Below, piece after piece: positions 12,780 to 26,000 of a DNA stretch of 64,000 nucleotides. A program made the position numbers and the translations under genes. How positions within the stretch are numbered: position 1 is the stretch's first letter; every line of letters begins with the position of its first letter. The notes beneath the pieces are model-generated. The model worked only from the letters and a program-made list of their open reading frames with translations. It was not told where the DNA came from and made no database searches. This stretch comes from Marsupella aquatica. Taxonomy: Eukaryota > Plantae > Marchantiophyta. The stretch spans positions 24,178,709 through 24,242,708 of the forward strand of contig OZ316894.1 in NCBI GenBank assembly GCA_973895155.1. The letters are read 5' to 3'.

Positions 12780-14289
12780 GCTGATGATTCCGTGTTATGC
12801 CGAAACTGTTATGCTTGCTATTCAACAACACCAAATAAATGTCCTGAGTTGTTGGATACTGCCAATTGGGATAATGTCAGCAAACAATACGACTTCCAAT
12901 GCTCAGGTTGCGGATCTCGAGTCACGGCCCCGAAACAATTTGCAAAGGTTAGTGATTTCTTCTTGCGTTACTGTTGTTGCACACTTTTGTATGACCAGGG
13001 TATGGTATGGGTATTTTTAGGGTATTTATGGGTTATGATAGAGTAACTTTTGTCTAACTAGTGTGACCCACCGCATGCAGGGTGATCCCCGAAATATTGC
13101 ACTCATGGCACACTGGGATGGATTTCAGTCTGCCAAGACTGCCCACAAAAGCACCTGGACTGTAGAGGTCCAAGTTTTAAGCGCCGGGTCTCAAACCAAA
13201 ATTCCACCTATCCCTGTTCTTTTTATCCCGCCATGTGATGACGACAACATAGGAAAAAAAAAGCTGAAATGCTTGGATGCTTTCTTAGAACCATTCATAA
13301 GAACTCTGGAGGAGTTGTTTGTGGATGGGATAGAGGTGGATTACAATTACCCTGTGGAATTATTGGCTGAAGAATTACCCTGTGGAATTATTGGCTGAAG
13401 AATTACCCTGTGGAATTATTGGCTGAAGAGGATAATGTACCGAATGACTCCAGGTGTGTGCTACGAGCACTGTTAGCAGTTTTCACTGGAGATCATCCTG
13501 CACAATGTAAATTTGGGGGCTGGAATGTTACAGGTTATTCCGCTTGTAGGAATTGTAAAATGAGCATTCGATGGATGAAGTGCAAGTTTGATCTTCCTCG
13601 ACAGGAGACTGACCAATCACAACCCCGAGGTTTTCTGGGAAGGGCTGTGTATGACAACAATAGGATGCAGATGAGATATCCACCACCTACACGGAAAATT
13701 GAAGAGGTGAGGGAGGCGGCCAGGAACATGACCAGGGCAGGAACAACTGCAGAGAGGATGAAGATAAGCAGGGAGTGCGGGATTTCAAACATGACCAGGG
13801 CTTGGCGACTACATGAGCTTACTGGATTTTGTTTGAGCAAGGATCTGGTGTATGATACAATGCATATCCTTGCCTTGTGCCTTTTCAAGAAATACTGTGA
13901 GCTTCTAGTTTCGAGTGTTCCCTGTCAACATCAAAAACAGTTTGAAGATGCTCTGGAGGAGGTTACTGCTAGGAAACCGAGAGGTTTTGATGGAAGGTGG
14001 CCTAAACAACCTTTTGAAAGATTGGGATACTTCAAGGCTGAAGAGTTCACGCGATTCATATTGTATTGTCTGCCTCATATCCTCCAACAGATGGACATTA
14101 GTGTCCACTCTGACCTTGGGACGCTTGGGATTCTTTTGGTAGAGATTGCACGCCTCTTTTATATCAGAAGTAGACAAGAGGGTTGGACTACAGCCACATT
14201 GAAAAAAGGCAGGTCTCTACTGGCTTCTTGGAGAGTTCACTCAGAAGAGGCTTGGGGCCCAAATGGAGCAATTCTAGAGCATGTTGCTG
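12780..14289 (+). pseudogene. EnSpm/CACTA-like (Tnp2/TnpD-type) transposase, 5' part
   Basis: Exon CRNC...CSGC...KQFAK, intron 12948-13080, then GDPRNIALMAHWDGF, LDAFLEPF, FTGDHPAQCKFGG...ACRNC, VYDTMH and FKAEEF. Frameshifted by the 28-bp triplication at 13345-13428. Confidence 0.8.
13345..13428 (+). repeat. Perfect 28-bp triplication AATTACCCTGTGGAATTATTGGCTGAAG
   Basis: Three exact copies. The 56 extra bases account for the frame change between ORFs 13063 and 13410. Confidence 0.95.
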
Positions 14290-14343
14290 GTGAGTCATTT
14301 TGTTTACACTTGCTACATGACCATGATGACAGTGGGTATTCAT

Positions 14344-16551
14344 TGTTGGTCGAGATTCCGCCGCTGTCCTGAGGATAAGCAAAGAGGTGGGAAAGGGCCT
14401 CAAGGGACACGCAGGGTGTATGGCTGCTTGAGATAGGAAACGGTTGCAAACAAGACAAAGTATCTACCCTAACCTTTCATCCACATCATCACAAGCAAGC
14501 AAGCATGCTTTCGAAACTCAAGCCATTTACATACTCATATCCAATCACAATCAAAATAACTAGTTCAAGCTTCCCAATGTAATCCTCACAAGTCTAAGCC
14601 CAACATTCAATTGGTCACCATTCCTTTTCCAACACTTGATTGCACACAATCCCTTGCAACCCTCTAAGGTACACAAGTTCAAGCTTACATCAATGTGGTC
14701 AAGCTAAGGGTCACTCTTGGTTGTGGCTAAGACAAGTGGGACATCCAAAGGTATGCAAGGCATCTCTATGCACCATTCAAACATCCAACTTTCAAAACAT
14801 GGGAAACTACTTTCGAAAAGTGACCTAGGGTTGGTCAACAAACTCCTTAACAAACATGGAATTGACCTTAGTCCCTTCCTCTAGTAGAACCACCAAGTAC
14901 AATCCACAAACAACCCATTCCATCAATCGAAAATGCCTTCACTCTTTACTCTTGCAACTTCCCTCATGCATAATAACTACTTTCGAAAGTACCTTCATTC
15001 AACCCATCTACTTTCAAAAACACCTTCAAGCTCACAACAACATTCGAAAATGGCATGAAGACATTCATTCTAACCATACCATCACTCATAGCCAAAGCAA
15101 GGCATCAACACACATCTCAAAAACGAGGATACCTCTCCTCTAAATGCATAGCAAGAAGGCACATGTAGCATCATGGCCTCCAAGTAAAAACATGGGTCAC
15201 AAGCAAGACCCTCCTAGCAAAAATCCCTCCATAGCCTATCCAAGCTTCAAAACCCTAGTCTCCTTCTCTCATACTTCCTTCTTTCAACCAAATCTACTTT
15301 CGAAGCTTCAAGTCAAGGAGTTTACAAGAGAGTAGGCCTTCTTAGTGAGCCATCTCTAATGCAAGACTCCCAAGCTTCAACAAGATTAGGTCTCATCTCC
15401 TCTAAGCTTTCGAAAATCTCCTACAAGTCCATTCTCCTCAAAACTTGAAGCAACAAACCTACATTCGAGTATGCCTTCTTGTGGGCAATCTCTCATGCAA
15501 GCTCCTTATACTTCCTACTCACATCCTACCTCCTTCCTAAGGCTTCGAGTCAGCCTCTCCTACATTCGAAACCTCTCTCCAAATCCTTAGAAAAACCGTC
15601 ACAAAACTCAATCTCTTCACATTCAAAGCTTCTACTCCATCTATCTCTTCACAAAATTGCCTCTACATCTCCTACCCTCAAAATCCTAAGGCCATGGCCA
15701 AGGAGGAGGGCTCCCCCTTCACTCATGCTGGAGCTCCTCTCAAGAGGTTCGCTCCTACCTATTCAAAACTTACTCAAAGACTCAAAAACTGCCAAAAGCG
15801 GCAGCACTTTAGCAGCATCACGGTGTGAGAGAGAGCCCACCCTTCGAACTCTCCTCTTTAGTACTCTCGTGGGAAGGCCTGGGGCAAGGCACAAGCCCTC
15901 CACTTATGGTTTAAGTCCTAGACAATTTTCAGCCCTTGATCATCCATCAAAAAGATCTAAGGGTCAAAAATGAGCCAAAATACCATCCTTTGTAACTTTG
16001 TAACCAAATGAGGCTTCGCACTTTCGAAAAAACCTCGACCTCCTCCAAACCCTAAGGCACGTCCTCATCCTCAATCCTATCCATTCATCCATTGACTCAA
16101 CCAAGATCCACCGTTGATGTAGGTTCAATGAATCTAGTCCTTATTTCACAAAACTAGGAATCTGGCCCATATCTCACAAAACTGATGCACTTGGACCAAA
16201 CCCTCTTACATGCCTTGAACCTGGTCACCTCCTCCATGTATTCAATGAACCTGGTCACCATATCGCCAAAACCCTAGATACCTTGCTTGTTGAGCAAGCA
16301 ACCTCCATTCCGCCAATCCGCCAAATGATAACTTAATCGCTGGTCACAAATGAAAAACATACCCCACAATAGTAACAAGGGTGGGTAGGCTCGACCTCAT
16401 CCCTACCTTGACCCTCATAACTCTACTTCCTCCTTCACATTGGTCAAGTTAGCTCAAGTCAAGTCAACTTGCCCAAGTTAGAAGCAAAATTGGTTTCAAC
16501 TTCCTTCACAAAACATGAGGATTCCTCCTTTAGGATGGAAACCTCATGACA
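14344..16551 (-). repeat. Putative 3' LTR (~2.2 kb)
   Basis: On the minus strand it reads TGTCATGAGG...CTCGACCAACA (TG...CA). It is non-coding and similar in composition to the LTR-like tract at 3.2-4.2 kb. There is no partner LTR and no clear PPT. Confidence 0.45.
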
Positions 16552-17215
16552 CCGCCGGAATGATCCCCAATAGGCTTGGTTAAGCCGCTAAGACCTCTCT
16601 CAGCTCGACACATCCAACTCTCTCACTCCCTTGCTTACTTTCCTTCCTTCTGGTTGATGTGGGCACTCTTCACACAAGTTAATGCGACACACAAATAACA
16701 AAATGACTCCTTCTGACTGAGTCATACCATGCACTTGCCATACAAACAGTACATCTCATACACAAGCTCTGCGAACTAAGCCGTGAGGCCAACTCTATTA
16801 AGCTCTTAGGCATGAGGAAACATGAATATACACAAGGTCACGGTATGACTAACCGAGAGCTTCTCTTACTACTTGATCCCAGCCCGGCTGGTGCAAACTA
16901 AAAACTTGCTAAAGAAGAGGCCCTGAGCTCCCCGCTGCCCAGGTACTTATCCTGGTAGTGGATCCGCCTAATTCTTTGCAGCGTAAGCCTAATCTACCTA
17001 ACAGTAACCTACCTGCCCGAAACTACCTATGTACAGCAAGGCAGGAGCACAAGTGTTGCTCCTACCAGTGGAACCGCAATCCCACTAAGCTAAGTGTCAG
17101 GGCCGCTCCTGGTCCAGATCCTAATCCTAAACTTGGAGATCAGCGCCCGCCCTGCCCACTCACGCCTCCTACCTCCACGTCCGCCCTTCCTAAAAGGAAC
17201 GGCGCCCTTGCACCG

Positions 17216-20200
17216 TCACGACACCGGTTGTGGATCCTCAATGGACGCCCCCAACGCTTCCTCCTCAACCACTGTCGTAGGTTCGTTCTCTGACAGATTA
17301 CCTGCCCTTGACTGAGTCAACTCTCCATCGGCCTGACTAGGTCTACCATCGGCATCGGCGTCAGCTTGGGAATCATTCTCGGCTACAGCCTTAGCCTCGG
17401 CTATGGTCTCCCCGGCCTGCTCAAGAGGCGGATCTGGGATACCGGCCTCATTATTGAGTAGTTCGGCTTGGGCCGCGCCATCCCCACCTTTGGTGATAGC
17501 GGGATCTATTGCCGTGTTCATGCTGGAGGTTGGCGCTGGGTCTACCTCCTTAGTCACCACGGCCAGTGGGGTCGTATTACTCCTTGACCCTGAAGGTTTC
17601 CGCTTCTTCTTCTTTTCTGGTTCGACAGCTGGTCCCTTCCCCTTCCCACTTACTTTCGTCACTGGTGCAGGTGGCGCGGCTTGTTCTTTGGCCAGTACCA
17701 CTCCTGGTAACTTGGTTGCCCCAATTGGAGTTGGGCCTGATGAAGACAAGCACTTAAATACTGCGGCTTGTTTCTTCAGCCGCTCTATTTGGTTGTCGGC
17801 CCGCTGCTGTAGGTTCTCCATCTTCCTCGTGATTTCCTCCAACTCCTCCTGGGTCTCATCCAGGTCCTTGCGCGCCTCCTCTAGTTCCTTCTGGGCTTCC
17901 TCCCGTTCCCTGTGGGCTTCCTCCAGTTCTTTCTTCAAGGTAGCCCTCTCCTCCCGGGTTGCTCTTAGCTCCTTGTCGAGCTCTGCAATGATGACAGACT
18001 CCATCTGGTTCATCTTGGCATAAGTCTGATCAAGCATCTCGTCCTTCTCCCGTAGGTCGTCGGCCTTGAAGCTGGCCGTCAGGGACGCAAGCTCCTGCTG
18101 CAGCGCCATAATCCCTTGATAGGATTTCCCTAACTCGGCCTCCTTCTGCTCAAGGGCTCCGCTGATTTTCTCGAGCTCCCCCTTCAACGCCCATTCCTTT
18201 CTTTGGGTCTCCGCCATGGCTCGGTTGTTGGATGTTATGTGGGCCTCCTCTACATTCCTCAGCTCCTTCTTCCATTTCTCCCTGTCCTTGATTGCGTCGG
18301 CCAATTCTCCTTGGGTCCGCGTTAGTAGATTCTCGATCATCCGATTATCAGATTGTGCGGTATCCAACTGGCCCTACATGATATTTAGCTCATGCCGCTT
18401 AATCCGCAGCTCATCTTGGGCTTTCTTGGCCACCCTCAGGTCCTTGATTTCGGCTTCCCTTTCCCTAAGCCGAGGATGACCTCGTCCTTCTTGCTTCTTT
18501 CCAAGGCCACCACTTCTTCTAATTGGCGCTTCTCCAACATCTCCCTCTGGAAAAAGGGTCCCTGCTCCAACTCCTCCCCAAATATGTTGAGCGCCAGTTC
18601 TCCACACATCTCCCTGTACTCCATGGCTCTGTCTTTAGCATAGGTGGAGGAAGTAGAAGTCATCGGCATCATCCACCGCGGCCTCTGCTCCCAAGCCGTC
18701 TTGTGGATCTCTTCAATCGTGGCTAGAGGTTTGCTTCCTTTTTCGGCTAGCCGCTTGATGTCCTCCGGCCAATCTCCACCTGGCAAATCCTTTTCTCTAG
18801 CCAGTGCTGCCTCCTCTGCCTGCCTGATTCGCTCCTGAAATTCCTGCGCCGTCTGTTTTATGCCATCAAAGCTCGGGGGAGCAACATCTGGTGGGGGAGA
18901 CTCAGGGCTACTCTGCTGGTTGGGGTCCCCTCGTACTACCCTTGGAAGTGTGGGGATAAACCGGCCACAGGTCCTTACTCCTGGAACGTGATGGTCCGAC
19001 CCATAGCCGGAGTTATCATGGCTGCAGTCCTCCACTGCCTCCTCTACTTCTTGGACTTCCGGCTTCTCCCTCTCCTCTTCGTCGGTAGGAGCTTCAGGCA
19101 ATTCTGCCTCAGATTCAGAGCTTGAGACTCCCACGTACATTCGAACACCCTGCTTGGATTCTGGCCTGATTCTGCTTAGGTTGACCTTTGGGGCAGTGTC
19201 CTGCATTGTTGCCGTTGCCATTGTCGTTGCCGATGCCGATCTCTTCTCTTTCTTCAGTAGTTTCAGCAGTTTCTGCATGCCTGGTTGCTGCATCGGCAAG
19301 TCTTCCTTCCTTGGCCTAAACACCTGCTCGATCGTCGGGCTAACAAGTGGTTGAGGCTTCTCTGCTACCGGCCTCGATGCTGGGGCTTCCTCGGGTGCCC
19401 TTACCTGCAGGGGAAGTACTGGGGCAAAGGTCTGACCTCTGGCATACCGGCACAACAGCGGCATGTGATAGCTCCCCATGCCGATTACCTGCTACTCCTC
19501 CTTTAAGATCTTCTTCAATTGGTTGAGGAGGTACCCATTGTAGTCCCGGCTTGGGTCTGGCCTCTCTGCCAGATAGACCTGTGCCTTGCCGATCTCTGCC
19601 CTCGGCAAGTTACAATGCATGGTCACCCGCAAGAAGTCGATCATCTCTCCTATGTGCGGGTTGGTGCAGATGTTCCGGAAGAAGCCATTCTTCGTTGATG
19701 GCCCGGGGAACGACCAGAACTCCTTGTCAGGCAAGGTCTTCCTGGTATCAACTTTGGTCTTATTGCCTATCAGCAAGCCAAACACTTCGGCAATCACCTT
19801 GGGAGTAAGATAGAAATCCTTCCCATATATCCTCGTGCAATTGGTCTCGGGTTCCCATGACCCCACGAATTCTAATAGGTCTGAATCCGGTACCTCTGGC
19901 TTCAGCCATGATAATCTTACAAAGGCCTCTAAGTTGGATCCGGCCATGAAGCCTTGGTACTTCTTGGTCTGCATGGCCGTAAAGCATGCATCCTCCTCCC
20001 GTGCAAAATGTAGTTGCACCTCCACCGGTAGGGTTGCCGCCCAGCCTTTCCAGGTGTCATCCCTGGTTGGAATGGCATTGATGGGATCGACCTCTTCCTC
20101 TTCGGCTTCTCCCTGCCTCCTGCTCTACTGCTCGGCTGGCTTCCTTGGTGCCGCCGACCTCGTTCTTTTTGCCGGAGTGGCTTCATCGTTGACGGCTCCC

Positions 20201-20826
20201 TTCCTCTTCATATCTGCTGCCGTGGAGGTTTCTCCTAGCACCGTTGCTGGGGTCCACCTTTCCGTGCTACCCTTCAATTCCCAGTGTATGTCATTGCAGT
20301 TCTTGATGGCCTCTCGAATGCCGATGATTCTGTCTTCGCAAAACAGAAGATCGTCGAGCTGATTGGAAGTAGGAGTCCACAAGAACTCGACGTTGATGAG
20401 TTTGCCTCCTAAGAAATCCGTCTTCTGTAGCTCCCACAATCGAGCGAGCTCCTGCCATTCTCGAGCGGCCCTTTCTGATTCCTCGTCCTTGTAAGTCTTG
20501 ATGTACTCAGTTGCCCGTTCGAACAGGCATCCCCAGAAATGTGCCGCTTGATTGACGTTGCTCATACCCTCCTTAGGTCGATCATCGGTATCTACTCTCT
20601 CCCCGAGTGCTTGCCTAAGCAGCTGACAGTAGTTGGCCTCCCGTAGTCGTCTGCCTAGTTCGTGCTCGCAAATGAGCCACCATCTCCTGCAAGCGCTCCT
20701 TACCCCTCTCCTCTTCCGGTCCTTTCTCCCGTTGATCCTTCCTAGCCGCCGACGCTTAACGCGCCCTAACCCTAATCTTGTTTTCACCCCCAGCGTCCTT
20801 ACCTCCGGCCTCGGCCTGGGTTCCAT
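17216..20826 (-). pseudogene. Retroelement extra ORF (~1,200 codons): basic N-terminus, plant-transposon-protein-like domain, long coiled coil
   Basis: ORFs 20125-20832, 19492-20025 and 18436-19479 are co-framed and separated by single TAGs. One frameshift near 18460 joins them to 18374-18607 and 17216-18367, which are also co-framed with a TAG between them. Confidence 0.7.
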
Positions 20827-20936
20827 GGTCACCCCTAATTGTTTATATTTTCCTTGTTTTGTCCCTATACTAAGGTGTTTCTAGGGTGCATTCCTGCTTT
20901 ACCCACCTAACTGGCCGAGTGATTCCTGGCTAGGCA

Positions 20937-22269
20937 TCACACTATGTTTATTGGTGCTACTGCTTCGAGAGGATGGTATCAGACTATGGACGCACCAGAA
21001 TAAATCAGAAGGACCAGGAAGTCACTTATTCTCTTCATTTTGCACGACGCTTTTTCACAAAAATATTGTCGTACATTTGGGAAGATGACGATGGACTTTT
21101 CCCTCATCAGAGGGCTTTGGAGAAAGTTCATGCATCCCTGCGTGTCCCTGCGGAGCATCGTAAGGAGCACAGGTGCAGAGTCACTGTACCACCATCTGAA
21201 TGCCCACACTAGCACGAGAATTTGGTGCCAATAGTTTCAAGTCAAATTCTAGCGATGGAATTGTGGGATAGTATGATATCCTCTGTGGAGTCATATGGTT
21301 GCAAGCACATGTTGTTGAGCAAAGGGGTTGGCATAGGCTCAAACAGGAAGCTGACAAAGAAACTGGGGCTGTCCGCCAGGATGTCATTGAAGCAGCATTG
21401 GATAGATGTTGGAGTATTCAACATCAATGAGGACCACGAAATTAGTGAATCTTGCACTCCATTGCGATCAGCTGTGTGGAGAGCTGAAGTGTACAGGCCT
21501 GGCAATCACGTTGTTGTACTGGTAGATGGGAGTACAGATGCTTCACATCCTCAAAACTGGAAAGCAGTACTCCAAAATATTTTCATGCAAGAATTCGATG
21601 GCCACATGGACATATTCTTTGAGGCGGATTGGTATAAACAACAGTATACACAGGATCCTCGGCGAAATTTACTGTCTTGGGAACGAGATGAGTATTCCCT
21701 GTTTACTCTTTTGGAACCAAAAGTATATCACGCACATGGCAACAACTGTAGGCCTATGTCAAGAATTCTACACAAGTTCTTCCCAATTCGAAGAGGCGGG
21801 AGGGAGGTTGTAGCCTTGGAGATTGGAGATACTTTAGTACGGGAACTCCCTACCACAATTGCAAACTGCCTCCTTTCCCAGAGGTAGGGGACATAATGAT
21901 TGCAATAGTGGACTCACTTTCCATCCCTGACGTGTGTGTTGTAAGGGAAGTCCTCCTTCCCAGGCGCGATGCGGCAACAGAAATGCAAGCAAGGTTGTAG
22001 GAGTGGACGGTGCTTCTGACGGGGAGGAGGAGGAGGAGGGAGGGGATGACATGGTAGAATCGCACAATGCAAATGATACTGAGAAGGACCTCGGGAAGGT
22101 TGGTGTGAGCTGGTTGTCTGTACAGGGTTCTCGGTCAAGTTGCCCAATCTACAAGGCAGCGTCACAAATTGATGAACACATCACCTTTCAAATATTAGTT
22201 GCGTTGAGGCTTGATTTTCGTGCAATTGGACTTCACCATGGTATCCCTGTATGGTGGAATACCGTATAG
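20937..22269 (+). pseudogene. EnSpm/CACTA-like transposase, 3' part (includes a BAH-like beta domain)
   Basis: SHYVYWCYCFERMV matches the W-x-F/Y-x-FER motif of EnSpm transposases. It is followed by VYRPGNHVVVLV...WKAVLQNIF...FFEADWY and a frameshifted PPFPEVGDIM segment. Confidence 0.7.
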
Positions 22270-23016
22270 TAATACCATGGAAAGTCCCAAGTACGACAAA
22301 AAGAAAGATACTATGGGATATGACAACACTTGAGAGGCACCGTTTTGTCAATAACTGAATACTGACCAGGATGCAGACCGTAGGATGTGTGAGATGCAGG
22401 TCAGACGTGAGCCTGTGATGGTGATGCTATGGTGCTTCGCACGGGGTATGATCGGGGACGGCACGGGTCACGAATATCATTGGATTCTGGGTCGGACGTG
22501 ACATAATGGATGGGTATTACCAGGTTACTTGGGAACGTGATAAAATGTACGTTGGGGTAGTGAAAGGACGGTGCCACCGATCGGAGACAAAATCTTTGTT
22601 GTGAGATCTACTACTGAAACTGCAGTGACTAAATGATGCATGCCACTGCGCACATGAACGCCCTATGAGGAATTCCTTATAAGCTTTGGGCAATGGTGCA
22701 AGCTCCTGAGCTCCAGTGTTTGATTGTGTAGGTTTCGTAAATCTTTGTGGCTGACAAGTCTGCCATTGGATAACACTTGGGGTGTTAGCGACGGAAGCAA
22801 GTATCGACGAGCGCGGGGTGACGTTGGAGGATTGGTGAAAGTATGGTTTGTCGACATGATCGTCCAGCGCCGGTCGCATTGTTGATGCAGAGTGACGAGG
22901 ATATCACAGAGCGTATGTACCCCTCTTTCACTCAACTCCTTTGGTTCTTAATTCCGCATGAAGTATATTGATCGGTTGTTAGAATGGCGCAACTAAGGCC
23001 TGCTTTGTTTGTACAG

Positions 23017-26000
23017 TCGTGACGGAGACAATTTGGAAGTCATGCTCGGGGAGGGTAATACGGCATTATCTAGGGATGGCCCCAGTAGACCATAATTTAG
23101 CTAGAAAAGCTGGTTTGGTTCCATGTTTTGAACTCGACTGGCCCAGAGTTGCAATTCTTGCTGTAAAGGAGTTTGCAGTAGGGTATGATCAAGATCGAAA
23201 TTGTGTGTCATTCCGGGGTGCAACTCACACATTCAATAGAGAGGTATTGCGAGCTGCATTTGCTTTTCCGTCTGGAGAATGGGCCCGATTTAAACCTGGG
23301 TTGGTCCAAGGTCAACTAAATTCCATGTTTTCTGCCAAGACGAAAGGCAACCCATACAGTCTAGACAAAATCACTGCGCCATATATGCAGTGGTGTGGGA
23401 TAATCAGGGCGATTTCTGAATTGCTCTCAAGCAAGAGAAAACCCACTCAAGTCACCTCAAAAGACATGTGGGTATACTGGGCGTATTGGTGGGATACGAT
23501 TAGGGTACGTGATCATTTTAGAGGAGTTGAAACTCCCGTGGTGAAGCCCGATTGGGCACATTTGGTGTACGATAATCTGACGAGTGAGATCCTCAGGTTA
23601 AAGTCACACCTATCGAAGAATGGTGTCGTAGACAAACAACTTCCTTGCTATTGTGGCACTGCTATAACGCAGATTCTTGTACACTACGGGTATTCGCTGG
23701 AGGAGCTTATGGTCGAACAACACGAAGATGATCATGAGGAGGACGACAAGGAGGAAGGGGACAATGGGCTCACAAGAGGACGAGGAAGGGGAGGCTGGCT
23801 CAAAAGAGGACAAGGACGGGGATAGTGGCTCACAGGAGGACGAGGAAGGGGATGACGGATCACGAGAGGACGAGGAAGGAGAAGATGGCTCACGAGAGGA
23901 GGAGGAAGGGGATGGTGCGTCTGACGGTGAGGGGCAGCCATCGGAGGTTGTGCCCCAATTCTCCAGGGATGAACATAAATGTCCTCAGGGTGAGCACAAA
24001 TCGCCGCCCTCTGTGCCAGAGTGCATGCGTGTTCTATCACAGCACATACGTGTGCTAGAGGTTGATCTTGCAGAAAAATCGGACATGCTACGAGAAGCAG
24101 TGGAGAATCATAAAAAAATGGTCCTCGATTTGATGAAAGAAACGACAGACAGAGAGTCCGCATATTAGAATTGGAAAGGCAGGTTGGGTTGCATTCAAAA
24201 CAATTTGGCAGTGAGACATCGAGTGGAGAAGGTGAGAGCGGAGGTGACGAGAGATGTTGTGAGGTTCTGGTAGGTCTTGGTGCCAGGGTACATGCAGGTT
24301 ATGATGTAGAGGCATCACAGCGTAGCCCAATTTCAGAGTTACCGCCAGTTTCTGGTGTTCCAGCTATAGTAGAGGTACCAGCAGCAGCACCAGTAGAAGC
24401 AGGTACTTTCCCAATTTATTATCCTGGTGTTCCAGCTATAGTAGAGGTACCAGTAGCAGCACCAGCAGAAGCAGGTACTTTCCCAATTCATTATCCTACT
24501 TCAAAGATACAGCGAGAGGAGTCTATGTCGAGTGGAGGTGACTCACCAGTTTTGGTAGAGTTACAGGCAGCCGCACCACCAGTACTGGCAAAGGTACCGG
24601 CATCAGAAGAAGAGATGTCACTTTTAGAAGGAGAGGCACCAAATGCTGCACCAACATCAAAAGTAGAGGTCTCAGCTACAGAGGAGGACAAATCATCGGG
24701 TGCAATTGCATCAAAAGTACCAGGGTCACCTCCGATTTCTGTTCTATTTCACATGTGTTCCAACTAAGAGTCCGGGATGGGAGGCTAGGACGAGTCACAT
24801 TTCATGACAACCAAATTTTCCTCGTGCTTCAAAGAGAGGGCGAGAGGACTCTATTCCGAGTGGCAGTCACTCACCGGCGAAGAGGAGGGCTATCGAAGTG
24901 GAGGAAGAGGAGGAGGTAGAGGAAGAAGAAGAAAAAGATGAAGTGGAGGATGACAAGCATTCAGAACAAGACATTCACTGGGAAGAGTGTGCCACAGAGA
25001 GTGGAAAGGTTAGCGATTTTTTTTCCTTTGTTGTGTGATTACTGTTTTTTCAGAAACAATGTTCAAGCATATCTAACTTGGCTGTGAGCGAGATCAGCAG
25101 ATTGATATCCAAGGGTCTCACTTGACAGAGGAGGCATGCCCTCCACCTGGTACAATGACTACAGCTCTATATCCACACCAACGGATTGGTCTTGCATGGA
25201 TGTTGGAACGCGAATCCGGAAAAAGCTCTCCAATTGGTGGGATGTTGGCGGATGACCAGGTACAAAAGCCCCCAAATTAAGCCGAAGTTTTCATTCAGTG
25301 GGATACTTTGGGGGTATTTTTGGAGTATGTTAGGGGTACGCGCGCACCTTGTCTGCAAGTGAGTGGGTCCCTGACCATTTTCTTGGCTTGGATTTTTTTA
25401 GGGAATGGGGAAAACCATGCATGTCATAGCGCTATTTCTCGCGAATCGCCCTCATAAGTGTGGGCCAACTCTAGTTGTTTGTCCAGCCAGCGTGGTGATT
25501 CAATGGGGCCAAGAAATAGCTGCAAGGACCTCCAAGATAGCAAAAGTGAAGGTCCTCCTCTACCACAACAAGAGGAATAAAGACATCAACTTTATTTCAA
25601 GCCATGACGTGGTTGTCACTACGTACTCAATCATGATAGGGGAGTCTCCCATTGCTCCAAAGACGTCCAGCGTGCCAAAAGGGAGTATGAAGAGACCTGT
25701 AAAAAAACCTAGACTTGCAGGTCCACTGTTTTTAAGATTAGTTGGCTTAGGTAGTCATGGATGAGTGTCATGTCATGAAAAATAAAACTAGTCAAAATTT
25801 CAAGGCCTCGCATTGTCTCAAGGCAGAGAGGAGGTGGTGCCTAAGCGGTACACCCATACAGAATGAGGCTTCTGATCTGTTTCCTTACTTTAGTTTTCTG
25901 AGGTATTATCCACTAGGAGAGTGGAAGGAATTCTCGCAGTTAAAGAAGCTGCTGAAGACAAGGCCAAAGATAGCGAATGGCATCCTCTCGAAACACTTGG

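Larger units (their letters stand above)
14344..20935 (-). mobile_element. Truncated LTR retrotransposon (Gypsy/Tat- or Athila-like) inserted in the CACTA-like transposase; gag-pol and 5' LTR missing
   Basis: Starts TGTTGG at 14344, inside the intron after LEHVAG. Transposase coding resumes at ~20937 (YWCYCFER). The insert holds a putative LTR and one long decayed ORF. Confidence 0.65.

Noticed and set aside
14856-15973. + strand ORFs of 95-164 aa inside the putative LTR
   Set aside because: Compositionally biased (S/L/K/P-rich) with no domain signal; likely chance
17403-20362. + strand ORFs (17403-18023, 19835-20362 and others)
   Set aside because: Antisense shadows of the minus-strand retroelement ORF
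20973-20983. TGGTATCAGA resembling a tRNA-Met PBS
   Set aside because: Lies within transposase codons (FERMVSD), diverges after 10 nt, and has no LTR CA end just upstream
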